Shown here: in pieces, positions 12,468-25,930 of the stretch
How positions within the stretch are numbered: position 1 is the stretch's first letter
Layout of the letters: each line of letters starts with the position of its first letter
Assembly (NCBI RefSeq): GCF_016433145.1
Contig: NC_058131.1
Coordinates: forward strand, 198,338,162 to 198,402,161
Length of the DNA: 64,000 nt
Origin: Gracilinanus agilis
Lineage: Eukaryota
Reading direction: 5' to 3'
The notes under the pieces: generated by a model
The model's database searches: none
The model's input: the letters and a program-made list of their open reading frames with translations, nothing else
Told to the model about the DNA's origin: nothing
Position numbers and translations under genes: made by a program

Positions 12468-13324
12468 ACCAAGGATAACTCTCAAATTCTTCTTTGATGG
12501 TAGAGGATAAAAAATGTCAGCATCCCTTCTAATTTTCAGCACCCTTGAGAAAATCTCAGATTGAAGGAATTAAAGCCCTGGTTGGGTGACTGGTGTATTA
12601 TGTAAGATAATATGATTCAAATATCATGGTGTAAGAGAACTTGGGCAGTCTTTATTTTCTTTTTTATTTTGAAAAAAAAATAGTATTTTCTAACCTACTA
12701 TATCTTATAATAAAAATACAAAGCAATTATTTAAACCATTTGATAGTGGTTTTGAAAAATTATTCATTAAGAAGTTGATCATTAAGAATCATGAAAATCC
12801 ATGCTAGGATGTGAGGAAGATTTTGTCTGGAGAATCAGATCTCAAAAATGTATTGGTGAAAATTAGCAAATCCTTTGAGTCTTGTGGCATTACAATTGAT
12901 TCAAAGTTAGCTCTTACTCTAATACTCAGTGGGCAGAGGAAGTGACTCAGCTGTTATCTCTGAGAATGGGAATGTGGGAATTGATAACTTAGCAAAGGTT
13001 TGAGAGTCTTAACCTGTCACCTTGCTTAGCACTCTGCCTTCTCAGAACAAATTTCTAAATGTCAGGGACTTTTCAATTTCTGAAAGTTTTTAGTATTGTC
13101 AGATGACTGAGCTTTATAAACTAACCTCTTTGCCTAATTAATGATCTCTTTTATTTGAACAATGAAGTTATCTTTTATATTTGAAAAATAAATGAAGCCT
13201 TTTGGCTTATTAATAGAATGCTCTCTTGATTTGTCTAAAAGTGATGATGAGTAACTTATAATTCTAATTTTTGGAGATCATGCTACAGATATTTGTATAA
13301 CTGTCTTTTCTCCCCTACTAGATA

Positions 13325-15715
13325 ATAAGCTCCATCTTGCCCTTTTCTCTTCTTCCTCTCATTCTTATTTCTATATTAGGCAAGATAGGTTTCTATACTT
13401 GAGTGCTTGTTATTCCCACTTTGTGCCAAATCTGATGAAAGTAAGATTCAATCATTACCTGCCATCCCCCACATCTTTCTATCTACTGTATTAATTCTTA
13501 CATTCCTTCTTATGTGAGTTAATATTCTCTCCTTTTCGCTCTTTTCAATGTATTCATCTTTCTTATCCTTTGATTTTTTTGTGGATATCATCCTATCATA
13601 TTCAATTTACTCCCTGCTCTCTGTCTATATATTTTCCTATTCATTGACCTAAAAGTGATAAAGTTCTTTAGTATCTTCAATACCTAAAATATCCCAAGTA
13701 CCTCATATATTTTAGGTACTACAAGTAGTATAGATATAATAATTTTTAGTGTGAGTTTCTTACAAATAGTTTAATCCCATTGTGAAATTGTTTCCCTTGA
13801 TTACTTTAAAGTTTCTTAAGTATCTTAAATATGTCTTGTACCATAAGTATTAAATATCCTAGTTATCACTTTCCCACAAAAGACACATAATCAGTTTAAC
13901 ACTATTGGTTCCCTTAATTGCCTTAATTGTAAGTATTTAGGTATCTTGTAATATAAAAATCTTAAGTATCCTACTTATGACTTTCTATAAATGGAAATTA
14001 TGTTTAATCTTACTTATTCCTTTGGGTTTTTTTTTTGCTTTTCCTTTTTTATGCTTTCTTAAATGTTGAATTTGATCATTGAATTTTCTTTTTAGCTATG
14101 GTTATTTTATCAGGAATATCTTGTAATCCACAATTTCTTTAAATGTCAGTTTCTTCCCTTGGAGTATTATGTTCATTTTCATTGTATAGGTAATTTTTAG
14201 ATATAGGCCTAGATCCTTTTTTTTTGAAATGCCATATTCCATGCCTTTGATCTTTTAACCTAGAAGCTGCTAGGTCTTGTGTAATGCTGATTGTAGTTCT
14301 ATAATATTTAATTTTTTCCTTACAATAATCCTGATATTTTAAAATTTGGGTTGTTTTTCAAAGTTTTTTGTGTTTTTTTCAATTTCTATTTTCCCTAGTT
14401 GTTCAAGAACATCAAAGCTCTTTTCCCTAATAATTTTTTTCAATATAATAACCATGGTCTTTTTTGATCATGTCTATCATGCAATCAGTTGATTCTTAGA
14501 CTATTTCTCTTTGATTATTTTTCCTATCAATTGTTTTCCTAATGAGAGATTATACACACAAACACATGTATATGTGTGTGTGTATATATATATATATGTA
14601 TATATATACATATATATGTATATATATACATATATATATATATATAATATTTTTTATCTTTGGGATTTGTTTTATATTTCCTTTTGTCTTATGAATTCAT
14701 ATTACCTTCAATTTGTCCAGTTTTAATTTTTAGGGAGCCATTTTCTCCTTCGAGACGTTGGACTTCCTTTCTTAGGGAGTTATTTTCCTGTTTGAAATAA
14801 TGTGTTTCCTTTTATAAGGATCTAATTTTTAAGCAAGTTTTTGTTCTAAAATGTTAATTTTTTAATCTTTTTTCCTAATTTTTCTTCTAAGTGTCTTATT
14901 TCTTATACTTTTTAGAGAGTTTATTTCAGTCTTAACATCCTTTTAGTATTTTCTTTTGATGTTTCACTCATTTTCATTTTTATATTGTCATTCTTTATGA
15001 GCATTCATTTTGTTCATCTTTGTTGCTGAAATATTTTCTCCATTATTGGGATTTTTGCTGTCTGCCTTTTGTTCATTTGGAGCTTATTTTTCCCTTGAAT
15101 TTGTCTATATGCTGAATTGTATTTCTGGGGTGGATGGAGTACTGTCCCACAATTGTACTGTGCCTGTGGTCAATTCAGCTGTGTTAGTACAAGATTACAC
15201 ACTTGGCAGAGAAAGCTTGGTTCATCTGCTATATGAAAGTTTATAGTTATTCCATTTGTACTGGGTTGAATTGAATTCTATCCAATCCCATTGAGGCTGG
15301 ACCTTGTTGGGCTGAGTTCTTCCCATTGCTGCCCACCCTGGGTTGAATCTAGTTTCTGTAACAGCTAGACTATGTGAGACTTTTTCCTCCCATAGCCACC
15401 TATTCTATATTATCCTGGTCTCTGCTCTAACCCTGCTGAGGCTGAATCAAGCCAGGCCCTGTTGCTTGAAATGAATTGTGGCTGAGTTATTCTGAGTATT
15501 ATTTAGCTCTATCTCCTCATACCCCAGTGAAATAAGTCCTGCTTTCTGTCTCTCCATGATTTTCTGAATTGGAACACTGCTTCACCCCTTCTTTTCTTTT
15601 TTCTGACAGTTTAGAATTCATTTTGAGAAACTTTTGTTTTTTTCTGTGGTCATTTGAAAGGTAGTTGACAGATGCCAAGTGGTCCATACTCTACCATCAT
15701 AGCAACCCCGGAAGA
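13325..15715 (-). mobile_element. Older L1 5' half (5'UTR, ORF1, inter-ORF spacer)
   Basis: Antisense similarity to 9590-12467 (e.g. GAAATGCCATATTCCATGCCTTTGATCTTTTAACCTAGAAGCTGCTAGGTC); 5' end CTACCATCATAGCAACCCCGGAAG. Contains a (TA/TG)n tract at ~14550-14650. Confidence 0.75.
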
Positions 15716-17606
15716 TGTATTTATTAACTTTTCAAAAAATCATTATTAGTAGATCAATTTAAAAAAAAACTTAAATTTGCAGTGGACTTCCTCCACAGTC
15801 TGAAGGAAGTCCCAGGCAAAATGAGAGCAACTGGACAAGAGAGTGAGAGCATGGCCAAAAGAGAGGGGCAAAAGAGAAATAATACATTCTAGATAATACT
15901 AATTAGTAAGGAGAGGAGCTATCATTTATTTATGCATTCTCAATCTTGGAACAAATAATAGTACACATAACAGTTGCATAATAAAATTTTATTGAATTGA
16001 ATTTTTGAACACACTTTCAATTACCCTCTCATTTTGTCAGTGGCATATCTTCTTAAGATGAATTCAGTATTTAGAATAGCTTTAATAAAGATAAAAAACT
16101 ATAAAGCTAACTATATCCATTTTGAGCTTAAAGCATTGTGCCTTACTATCATTATCAATAAACTATTGTGGTAACATAGCATATGGTATGATATTTAGGA
16201 TGAGGGAAAAACAAAATAACAAAACCAAGAAAAGAAAGCTTTTAAAATATAGTCACACATGAAACAATATTAAATGAAAATTTACTTTGTTGTCCTTTAG
16301 TTTGAGGCATTAAATTTGAATGTGCATAGAATTCAAATCAGACATGAGAATAAGAGACTGTCATATTTTCTATTCTTATGTTGTAATATTTACTAGGTAT
16401 AGATTTTTCACTAGCCAAAATGAGTTGCAATCCAAGAATTTTGTTTCATTGTTTTTATTTACCTATTAAAGAAAAACTTAGGAAAAGAGGTTGCAGCAAA
16501 ATGTCTTGCTCATCTTACTTTAATTTTTATTCTCATTAAAATCTGGTGAAGCTTATATCCAAAGGGTCTTAGAAATAAGAGAACTTCGTACCTATAGCTC
16601 ATATAGAATTTCTTTGTTAAAATTCCTTCAAATGAGTTTTGAGACATAATATTTCAGTTATTGATAAAATAGTAATAAAAAAATATCCAGCTCTAAGCAA
16701 GATGCGTGTCTGGGAAAATGGGTCATGGCTTATTCAGACACAAGTGAACAATAGATGTGACAATCTTCACCTGGGTTCATTTTTCCTTTACTCTTTACAA
16801 TGTCTTTCAAATATCCTACATTACAGGTGATGGTAGGTGAATTGGTGAGCAAGTGGTTCTGCAGAGATGAAATCCAAAAGTTGGTGGTAGAGAGAAGCTT
16901 GGTAACCACATACCCAACAAAAATATCTATTTACAACCATTAGAGGAAGACCTTTCAGAAAGTATATAGCATAGCGGAAACAAGAATCCAGTAGAAAACA
17001 GCAGAGAATAATAGTATCATGACCTCACCATAGGATATCATTAGCCTATTGAATCAGAAGTACAGGATGCTTTGGCCACTTTTATTCCTTTTGTGCATAT
17101 TATTTGGCTACAATAGGTAAAATATGACGACACATGTAGGCAGCTTCATTCACTTTATTTGTCTACACATATAATTTTCTATATGGAATACCTCTTCATA
17201 TATATTTCTTACACATGTGCCCTTGCTTAAAGTTCCTTGTTTGTGAGTAGTCACAAAATAGGTGCCTTTTCCGCCAATGAAAAAGGAAATTTTATGGGAT
17301 GTATTCTATGTATGTACCTGGAAAAATCCTTTGCTCTTACATTATTTGTCATGATGTTTGATTAAATATCTTTATTTGAACTAATGTGGCCTCTGGTAAA
17401 TAGTTAAAATATACACAATGACAAGTCAAAGTGCCTCAGGGACCATAGGCATACTTGTAGAATATTGGAGACTTATTTTCAGACAAGATAGAACAGGAAA
17501 AAAATGATGAAGAACCTAAGATGGAAAAGTCTGCATCTCTAGATTTTGAAACAAAAATAACTATAGAGGTGTGTTATTTTAATTTTTTAGAGTAATTATA
17601 TTTCTT

Positions 17607-17815
17607 TCCCCCCCCCCCAAACCCTTACCTTTCGTCTTGGAATCAATACTGTGTATTGGCTCCAAGGTAGAAGAGTGGTAAGGGTAGGCAATGAGAATCA
17701 AGTGACTTGCCCAGGGTCACACAGCTGGGAAGTGTCTGAGGCCAAATTTGAACCTAGGAAGGACCTCTCGTCTATAGGCCTGGGTCTCAATCCACTGAGC
17801 TACCCAGCTGCCCCC
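17607..17815 (-). mobile_element. SINE1_Mdo-like tRNA-derived SINE
   Basis: Reverse complement starts GGGGGCAGCTGGGTAGCTCAGTGGATTGAG (A box) with GGTTCAAAT (B box) and the CORE. Flanked by a 27-bp direct repeat. Confidence 0.95.
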
Positions 17816-18269
17816 TAATTTTTTAGATAAATTATATTTCTTAAAAGAAATGTGGTGGGCAGTTCTGTACTCATTCTCTTCCTCCACCACTATACATTAA
17901 AAAATGATTTGGTATTTTTTAATATGTTCTAAATTTTTCCCCTTTATTAAATGACATCCTCCTTGATTGTAGAACCCAGGTCTTGGCTAAACTTTTAATC
18001 TTCTCCAGGACCTATTATGGTATTATGTGCATAGGAAATACTTCATGAAAATTTGTTCAAATGAATAAAAAAATAACAGGGATTTATCAAAGGCTTTCTA
18101 TAGACTAAACTCTATTTGAAATACTAGGGTTACAAATACAAAACTGAGTCTGTCCTTACCCTAAAGAAGAATGTCTTTTATTATGGTGATGCAAAATTTT
18201 CAGGACAAATGTAAGGTACAAATAAGAAAATATACCATAATTATTTTGAACTTTAACAGCTAAAGGACC

Positions 18270-19260
18270 CAGGAACAGATTCTTGAAAGAGATGTCATTT
18301 ATATTCAAAAGGAGGGAGGAGTTGCAAAACTGAGTTAAGAAGGCAGAGCATATTAGGCATGGGGGACATTTAATGCAAAGATATGGAATCAGGAGATAAA
18401 ATATCACACAGTGGCAAAAGCAAGCATGATAGTGTGGCTTGAATATAGAGAACATGAAAGGAGAGGAAGTAACATATAATTAGTCTGGAAAGTTAGGCAG
18501 GAAACTAGTTTTGAAGGGTTTCAAATGCTAAGCAGAAGAGTTTGTATCTTTAACCTACATTCAATGAAGTCTTTCTAAAGCTTTATTATGAAAGGAGTGA
18601 CATGGTCACATCTTGCTTCAAGAATATCAATTTGCTAGTTGTATGAAGGACAGATTAGAAAGGGTTGGGGGTGAATATGGGAAGATGAATAAAGAGCCTC
18701 TTGAATAGGCTGGTGATGAGGATCTGAATAATATTGGCTCTGCTGTGAATGAAAAAAAGGGATAGATAGGACAGATGTTGAGGAGTTGTGATCAATGATA
18801 TTTAGCAAATGATTGGATATAGGAGAAGTTAGTGGGGATGAAGTATGGAAGATGATTTGTATTATGAACCCAGTGTTTCCTTTGACATAAATAGGGAAAT
18901 TATAAGAAGGTTGGGTTGGAAGGGGGAAAGATCATGAGTTCTGTTTTAGATCTTATGAATTTGAAATGCCTAGGAAACATCCAGATGGAGATATCTAGCT
19001 TAGCAGGTGGAGATGGAAGACAGCATCTCAGGAGAGATAAGTGCTGAATATATAAATATGAGAAACATTAGAATAGAGACATGAAAGCTGAATATTTAGG
19101 AATTGATATTATTTCTGAGTAGAGAAAGAAGAGGAGAGGACCCTGGTTAGAGACGTAGGATGCATAAGAACAGGATTATGTTTAGGAACTTGCAAAGAAG
19201 TCTTAGAAAGACAAGTTGTACACATAAGAAGAGAATTACTATATTATGGAAACTCCTAGG
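18270..19260 (-). mobile_element. L2 fragment
   Basis: Purine-rich antisense L2 (e.g. GAGTTCTGTTTTAGATCTTATGAATTTGAAATGCC); boundaries approximate. Confidence 0.65.
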
Positions 19261-19789
19261 TCTCTCTTTTTCTGTTCACTTTTAACCAACTTTCAAAATC
19301 TGCCTCAGAGTCAGAAAAGTTTAATTTGTTTTAGTACAAAGAAATCTAGTTAGATATCTGCATATGTCTGTTCTTGATATGTTATTTTTATGTAAGATTT
19401 TATATATAGACTAGAAACTTATTTAAAAATATTTTATTGAATTACATTAACACTTAGTCCATTTTAATCTATAGATCTTTTAGAGAGTTTCTAGGGTTGC
19501 CTGCTCACATACTTTTGAAAAAAATTAAACATATCTCATTACTTCCCTGTGTTTAGACTGTCCAAATTAAGTATAGGCAAAATTTTAGGGTCCCTTAGAC
19601 TATTTAGAAAGTTCCTTTATTTTACCTCTTCTTGTGTTAATTATGCCATTGGAGCTCAATATATTTGAAACTTATGTGAAAGTTCTTTTTTTAGTATTTC
19701 AATACTTAATCTTCCTCAGATATTCTTTCCTATAAGACCTGTCACACTGTCTTTGACTTTATAGCAGAGTTAATTAAAATGCTTTGTGC

Positions 19790-20645
19790 AGTAATATGTC
19801 ATTCTTTGAATTTCCTCCTTACTTTTGAGCATCATAATGATCCTTTAAGTCACCCAGTTAGAAAACCTCAGTTTCATGCTCAAATCCTCAATAATTATTT
19901 TACCATAGTCTAGTCAGTTGCCAAATATAATTTCTGTCCTCTATGGTATCCTTTATTTATATCTCCTTCTTTTTGCTTATATACAAAACATACTGGTTCA
20001 GACTTTCATCACATCTCATCGGGATTAATTTACCCTCTTAATTGTGTCCCTACTTCATGTCTTTCTTTACTTCATTCTCATTAGAGCTGTCAGTTATTAT
20101 ATGAAAACACAGATCTAATGATATCACTTCCCTACTCAATAAATTCCAGTGATTCTCTATTACCTTGTGAAAGAAATATAAATTCCTCTTAAAAGAGGGC
20201 TCTTTGAAATCTTGACCTTTCCTATATTTCTGATTTTTCTACACTTTACTTCCATCAACATATACTATATAGTCCAGCCATACTAGAGTCCTTGCCCTCC
20301 CTCTCATACAATGATCCATTTGTCATCTTAATGTATTTGAATAGCTTTACCCCATGCTTTGAGTGCTCTCTTTCCATACTTATATTTCTAAGAGTCCTTA
20401 GTTTCCTCCATGGATCAGCTCAAATTCTATCTTCTCTACAAAATCTTACTTTTCTCTGCTGCTAGAATCTTCCTCTCTAACATTCTCTTACATCATCATT
20501 TTGTTTATTTTTTGCATATATATAGTTTCCCCAATATAAGCTATGAATGGATCAATGGGCAAGGGATGATTTAGCTTTTTATATGCATCTCCAACTATGC
20601 CTGGAACATTGTAAATGCTTAGAAATATTAACTTATTAAATTGAC
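19790..20645 (+). mobile_element. L2 3' region
   Basis: Pyrimidine-rich L2 3' region ending ACTATGCCTGGAACATTGTAAATGCTTAGAAATATT. Confidence 0.7.
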
Positions 20646-22384
20646 AGTAAATGATCAATAATTATTTGCTAAATTATGTAAATAATGAAATTATAGAGTG
20701 TTCAACCATGTGAAAAAATGAATTACTTTTAAAAATGTCAAGTACATTACAGGGAGAATCAGCTATAACATAAGTATGTTTAACTTAGATGATTTATAAG
20801 TCTCTTCTAAATCTGAAACCCATGGTCCTAGTTTGGACAGCTTCTAAATATACCTTCAATGCACACATTTTAGATATTCAGCTTAACAAAATTTACTGTC
20901 TTTTCTTGGGTCAGTCATATGTATTTCTTTAAATGATCTGATATTTTAAAAATTGTACCACTTTAGGTATTTATAAACAGTTTGTTGTTATTTATAGAAT
21001 AGACATGCCATACTCAAAATTATCTCAACTAGATTTTGATTTGGTAATATATCCTCCACCTACCTTGGACTTCATGTTCCCTTTTTGACTTCAAAAGCCT
21101 GTACATTTGAATGGAAACAAATCCTTTACCTGCCCGGAAAGCTCATACAAAGATCTCTTTCCTTTAAAGTTAATACTTAATTACAGCTACCAACTAAATT
21201 AAATACTACCAAACAAAATACATGTGCAGTTGAAGTAACACACTGAGAATCGAATATGGTAGCATTCTTTTGTAGAACAGATGAGGTTGGATAATGTCTA
21301 TGTTAAATACCAAATAGGAGGAAAGATTTCCTAAAGTAAACTCATAAGACATCTGATGTTGAATAATTCATAGAAAAATTCCCTGATTCCTAAAGACCAA
21401 AATAAAAGATATTGCCATAGGGGAATAATGTTCTTCAGCATTACCCAGATTGTGCTAGACATACAGAAAACATTCATTAATAGGGTTTGTTCATGTTTAC
21501 CTTATGGCCCCCTGATCCCTACCAAAAACTAAGATAGGCAAAGATTTCATAGATTTAAGTACATATGTTTTCTTGGCTATAATATGGCTTCTATGAATGT
21601 GGAGTTTTTCTTATTGTAATTTTTTCTGAAGTTTTAAATAAAATTGAATCATCTCATTACATACAATACTATAATAAAAAGTTAAATTTTTAAGTTTAAA
21701 TTAGACAATGAAAATCATTATTATGTATTATAAAAACAATAAAGGAAAATTATGTCATAAAGGAAATGAATGGAAAACTGTATTAAGTGTTTAATATGTG
21801 GAAACCACTGTGCTGGGGCAATAGAGGAGCAAGGCAGTCTTTGGTCAGTAGCTCACATTCTAATAAGTAAAGAGAATATATAATATTTTTTATTGACTGG
21901 CCAGCAGCAAATATAGGAACAATAAATTGTTGCTTGAGGTGTTAAGGGAGGGTAGGAAGATTTTTGGAGGGAAAAAAATAACTTTGTGTGTTGCAATAGT
22001 CCTGCTTTCATAGAATAGGAACTTGGGGGCATGGTGGCATTGGTGGAATTGAATGAGCACTGACAGAGATTGAGATGATATTCACAGAGGCTGTCCTAGT
22101 GCCATCTGCTGACTTCTTTTATTTATATCTTTTCTTTCTTAAGGTTACATACAGGGTTGGCATGGATATTCCAAAATCAACATAAGTTTTTGTTGTGTTT
22201 TTTTTTTGAGATAGTGAACAAGTCATACACCAGCCTACAACAACCTTGTTACTAACAGCTTTGTTACTAACAACTTTTCAAGGTGTGTTTACTCATCTCC
22301 TTGGCTATGGGGTGGAGAAAGCAGTCAAGTCAGTGGAATGGGATGTACCAACCTTTTGACAGTAATTTCTCTATTTATCATCCA

Positions 22385-22770
22385 TTGTTAACTACCAAAT
22401 CAGGGATCAGGGAGGGGGGAGACTTGGAGACTATTCTGGCCTGTTTTTTTTTTTTTTGCAAGCACTTGTGTATCTAAGTTAAGGTTTTAAAACCTTTAAC
22501 ATTAACTCACTATTTGCTGGTTTGTTATAAGGAAACTCTAGGGGAATTTCTGTATTAGTATATATAAAGGTGGGGCTTTTCCTAGGAGTTTGTAGGGGGC
22601 TTGCAAGGGTTCTAGTAATACCCTATAGCATTCTTCTGTATTTCTCTGAGACTTACTGGGGATATTAATCACTAAATAGGGAGTGTTGGTAAGAAAAGAG
22701 TCACACAGGGAGCCTAGGTGGAAATCCATCCTCTTGTAAATCTAGCCTTGCAGATTTTAGGGTTCACGTG
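22385..22770. mobile_element. Probable LTR-derived sequence
   Basis: TG start, higher G content than flanks, TATATAAAGG; no TSD verified and boundaries uncertain. Confidence 0.4.
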
Positions 22771-24599
22771 TGACCTTGTCATCGACATGAACTGAATGGC
22801 CTTCGGCAGTGTCTTGGAAAGAGTAGGCTATAATAGAAAGAGTTCTTGATGATGAATGCTTTATATTTGAGGGAAGGGGAAATCTATGAGCTTGTTTTTA
22901 TGTACATATACATCTGGAGAGGAGGAGGTTAATAATTACTATTTTGTTGGAGACTCGACATGTCCTAGTAATGCCATCTTGATCAAACTATTTAAGTTCT
23001 CAGAGGCTTGGTTTCTTTCTTATAAAGACATGATCAGAGGTATTCAAAACTTATGGCACTGAGTGCAAAGTCCAGGAAGTCCTATTAAGCTATAAAGGTT
23101 ACTAAGATAAATGAAATGGCAGTTTTTGCTCTTCCCCAATGTAACTCACTCCCTTTTGAGTTTTCTATTCTGGTCATCTTCAGTTCAGAAACTCTCAACA
23201 TATCTTCAGGAAAGTAAATGATAGAAACTCTGTACTTCAGAAGGCTGAGGTCAGCAATTCTTACCACTTGCTCACATGATGCTCTTGTCCATGGATTCCA
23301 TCTCGTGGGTATAGAGGTTATAACACTGCCATGAAAATTTCTGTGGCCATGTGGTTAAAAAACTTTGTGATTTTCCTCAAGTAAAATTTCTCAGATTGTG
23401 ATAAATGATAAGATTGTGTAAATGATGTCTCAAGGAAACATAGTATTTTATTGATAGTGGTAGAGATAGAACTTCAGGGTTCCCAATTCTCATTTAATTG
23501 ATTCTTCTTCTATACTATGATTATCTATGTTCCATGAAGCCAGCATATCCTGTGGCCAGATTTGCTACTTAGAATTTTCTGGTTTTCACAATTTTTTATG
23601 TTAATTAAAAAAGAAATTTTGATTTTTAATATTATTTATTTAATAAAATTTATTCCCATCTATCTTCACCCTTCCTCCACATAAAAGGTATCACTCAAAA
23701 ATATATATATATGTATATATATATATATGCTGTATGTTTCCTGTTTCTATTCTGTAGTTCATTGACTAGAGCATATATTCACAAGTAATTCTACAAATAT
23801 TAATTATGTGCCTATGTATAATGTTCCTTTGATTTTACTCATTTTATATTTCATTATTTCATGTAGATATTTCAAAGTTTTTTAAAAAAATTAATCTGCT
23901 CATATTATGACACAGTAATATTCTATCACAATCATATACCATAATTTATCCAGCCATTCACCAATTGATGGACATCTCCTCAATTTCCAGTTATTTTGCC
24001 ACCACAAAGAGAGCCACAGTAAATATCTTGGAATATATACATTCTTTTCCTTTTTCCCTGATTTCCTTGGGGAAAAGTCCTAGCAATGGTATTACTTGTA
24101 TGTACAGTCTTATAACTTTGACTATAATTCCAAATTGCTTAACAAAATGATCATATCAGTTCGTGGTTAAACCAGTAGTATATTATTGTCTCCATTTTCC
24201 ATTTCCCTTCCAACATTTTTTATTTTGCCTTTTTATCTAGTTTAGCCAAACTGATAGGTATGAGATAATATCTCAGATTTGTTTTGATTTGCATTTCTCT
24301 GATCTGTCATGCTTTAGAGAATTTTTTCTCATACCGACATATGGGCTTTGATTTCTTCAACCCAAATCTGTTCTTTTATATTTCCTAATTACCAATTAGG
24401 GAATAACTCTTATTCTTACAAATTTGTCAAGGTTCTCTATATATTTTAAATTAGGAGACTTTTATCTGAGAAATGGTCTATAAATTTTCCCCAATTTTCT
24501 TTTTGCCTTCAATATAGGCTACATTAGTCTTATTTATACAGAAAAATTTTAAATCAATGTAATCAAATTATCCATTTTTCATCTCACAATGCTCTCCAT

Positions 24600-25429
24600 T
24601 GAATGAGGGAAAAGAGAGGAAGAGTATCATTTGCAGAAGTCCAATGCATGGCTTTGCATGAAGAAGGTTGGCTCATGCATGGAACTAAAAAGGAGAAATT
24701 CTACAGAATGTGAGGAATATATAAAAGAAGACTCACAGAGGCAGTTGAGGGTAGTGTTCCTGTTACTTCAGGAGTTGGGAGATAACACTTCCTGCCATTG
24801 GTTACTGGACTTTCTTTGGCAAGCCATTGGCCCTGTTCCTGTGAATCATCCACCCTACCATCGTGTCTTCAAGAGAGAGAACCTGTCCACTTTGATTTCA
24901 CCTGTTTCCATCAACTGTTCCTGTAATCTAGTGATATGAGAGAATTTCATCCTAGCCAAGAAGAAGTTAACAAGAGCTCAGAGACCTTTCTGCCTGGAAG
25001 TGAAGCCTTGGCTACTAGAGTGACTCCATCATTTACCTTATCCTATTCATTCCTCATGAATTATAAACTCATCCACCATCAACATTTGGAGGGTTAGTAG
25101 GTAAGGAAGCTAGATAAGGTTTTGGGGTTCAAGACAGAGAGTATAGAAGACAAGAAGAGAATTTCATGAGAAATCCATAGATTAGAGGGAGAACTAGATC
25201 AATTAGATTTAGGGAATCCATTCCCTGGCCCTCCTTCCCTTCCTTTCCCTGTGCTGAAAATAGTTAATAAGCCAATTTATTGTTTACAAGATCAAGAAGC
25301 AGTCAGATTGCATTATTACTGTCTTTCTGCTAATGAGGCCTACCATACCAGTCTGCAGCCTGATATCAATTAAATGGAGTACTTTAGTGGACTAACATCA
25401 ATCTAGGTTCAAGTAGTTACCTTATTTCA
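24600..25429. mobile_element. Solo ERV LTR with perfect 4-bp TSD
   Basis: TG (24600) ... CA (25429); TSD CCAT at 24596-24599 and 25430-25433. Confidence 0.88.
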
Positions 25430-25738
25430 CCATCTTCTGTTAATTCATCAATTATTTTACCCTCCATAAATCTGATAGGTAGTATGTTCCCAGGTCTTTT
25501 AATATACTTATGATATCTCCTTTTATATTTAGATTTTTTATACATTTTGACCTTATGGTGGACAATGGTGTTAGATATTGGTTTATATCTAGTCTCTGCC
25601 GAATTTTCCCTACAATTTTTACCAAATAGTAAGTTATTATCCCCAAAATTTGGATCTATACTTTTGTGAAATTCAAAGTTACTATATTTCATTAGTTTGT
25701 TTTGTATCTGTTCTATTCCACTGATAAACCTTCCTTTT

Positions 25739-25930
25739 TTATTTTTATTTTTTTTAAAACTCTTAACTTCTGTGTATTGGTTCCTAGGTGGAAGAGTGGT
25801 AAGGGTGGGCAATGGGGGTCAAGTGACTTGCCCAGGGTCACACAGCTGGGAAGTGTCTGAGGCCAGATTTGAACCTAGGACCTCCTGTCTCTAGGCCTGA
25901 CTCTCAATCCACTAAGCTACCCAGCTGCCC
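25739..25930 (-). mobile_element. SINE1_Mdo-like SINE (short-tail variant)
   Basis: Same SINE body as 17607-17815. TSD CTGATAAAC(C/T)TT(C/T)CTTTT at ~25721-25738 and ~25931-25948. Confidence 0.95.

Noticed and set aside
12733-12895. Possible pogo/Tigger transposase relic (KPF... KSFESCGIT)
   Set aside because: Only two short motifs match and there are no TIRs; this is within chance.
13660-14025. Three degenerate ~120-150 bp units rich in AAGTATC
   Set aside because: They lie inside the L1 inter-ORF region, and the similarity is too weak and AT-rich to call a separate array.
24631-25812. ORFs of 102 aa (24631-24939) and 131 aa (25417-25812)
   Set aside because: They lie within the solo LTR, or across the L1 and SINE; no gene-like features.
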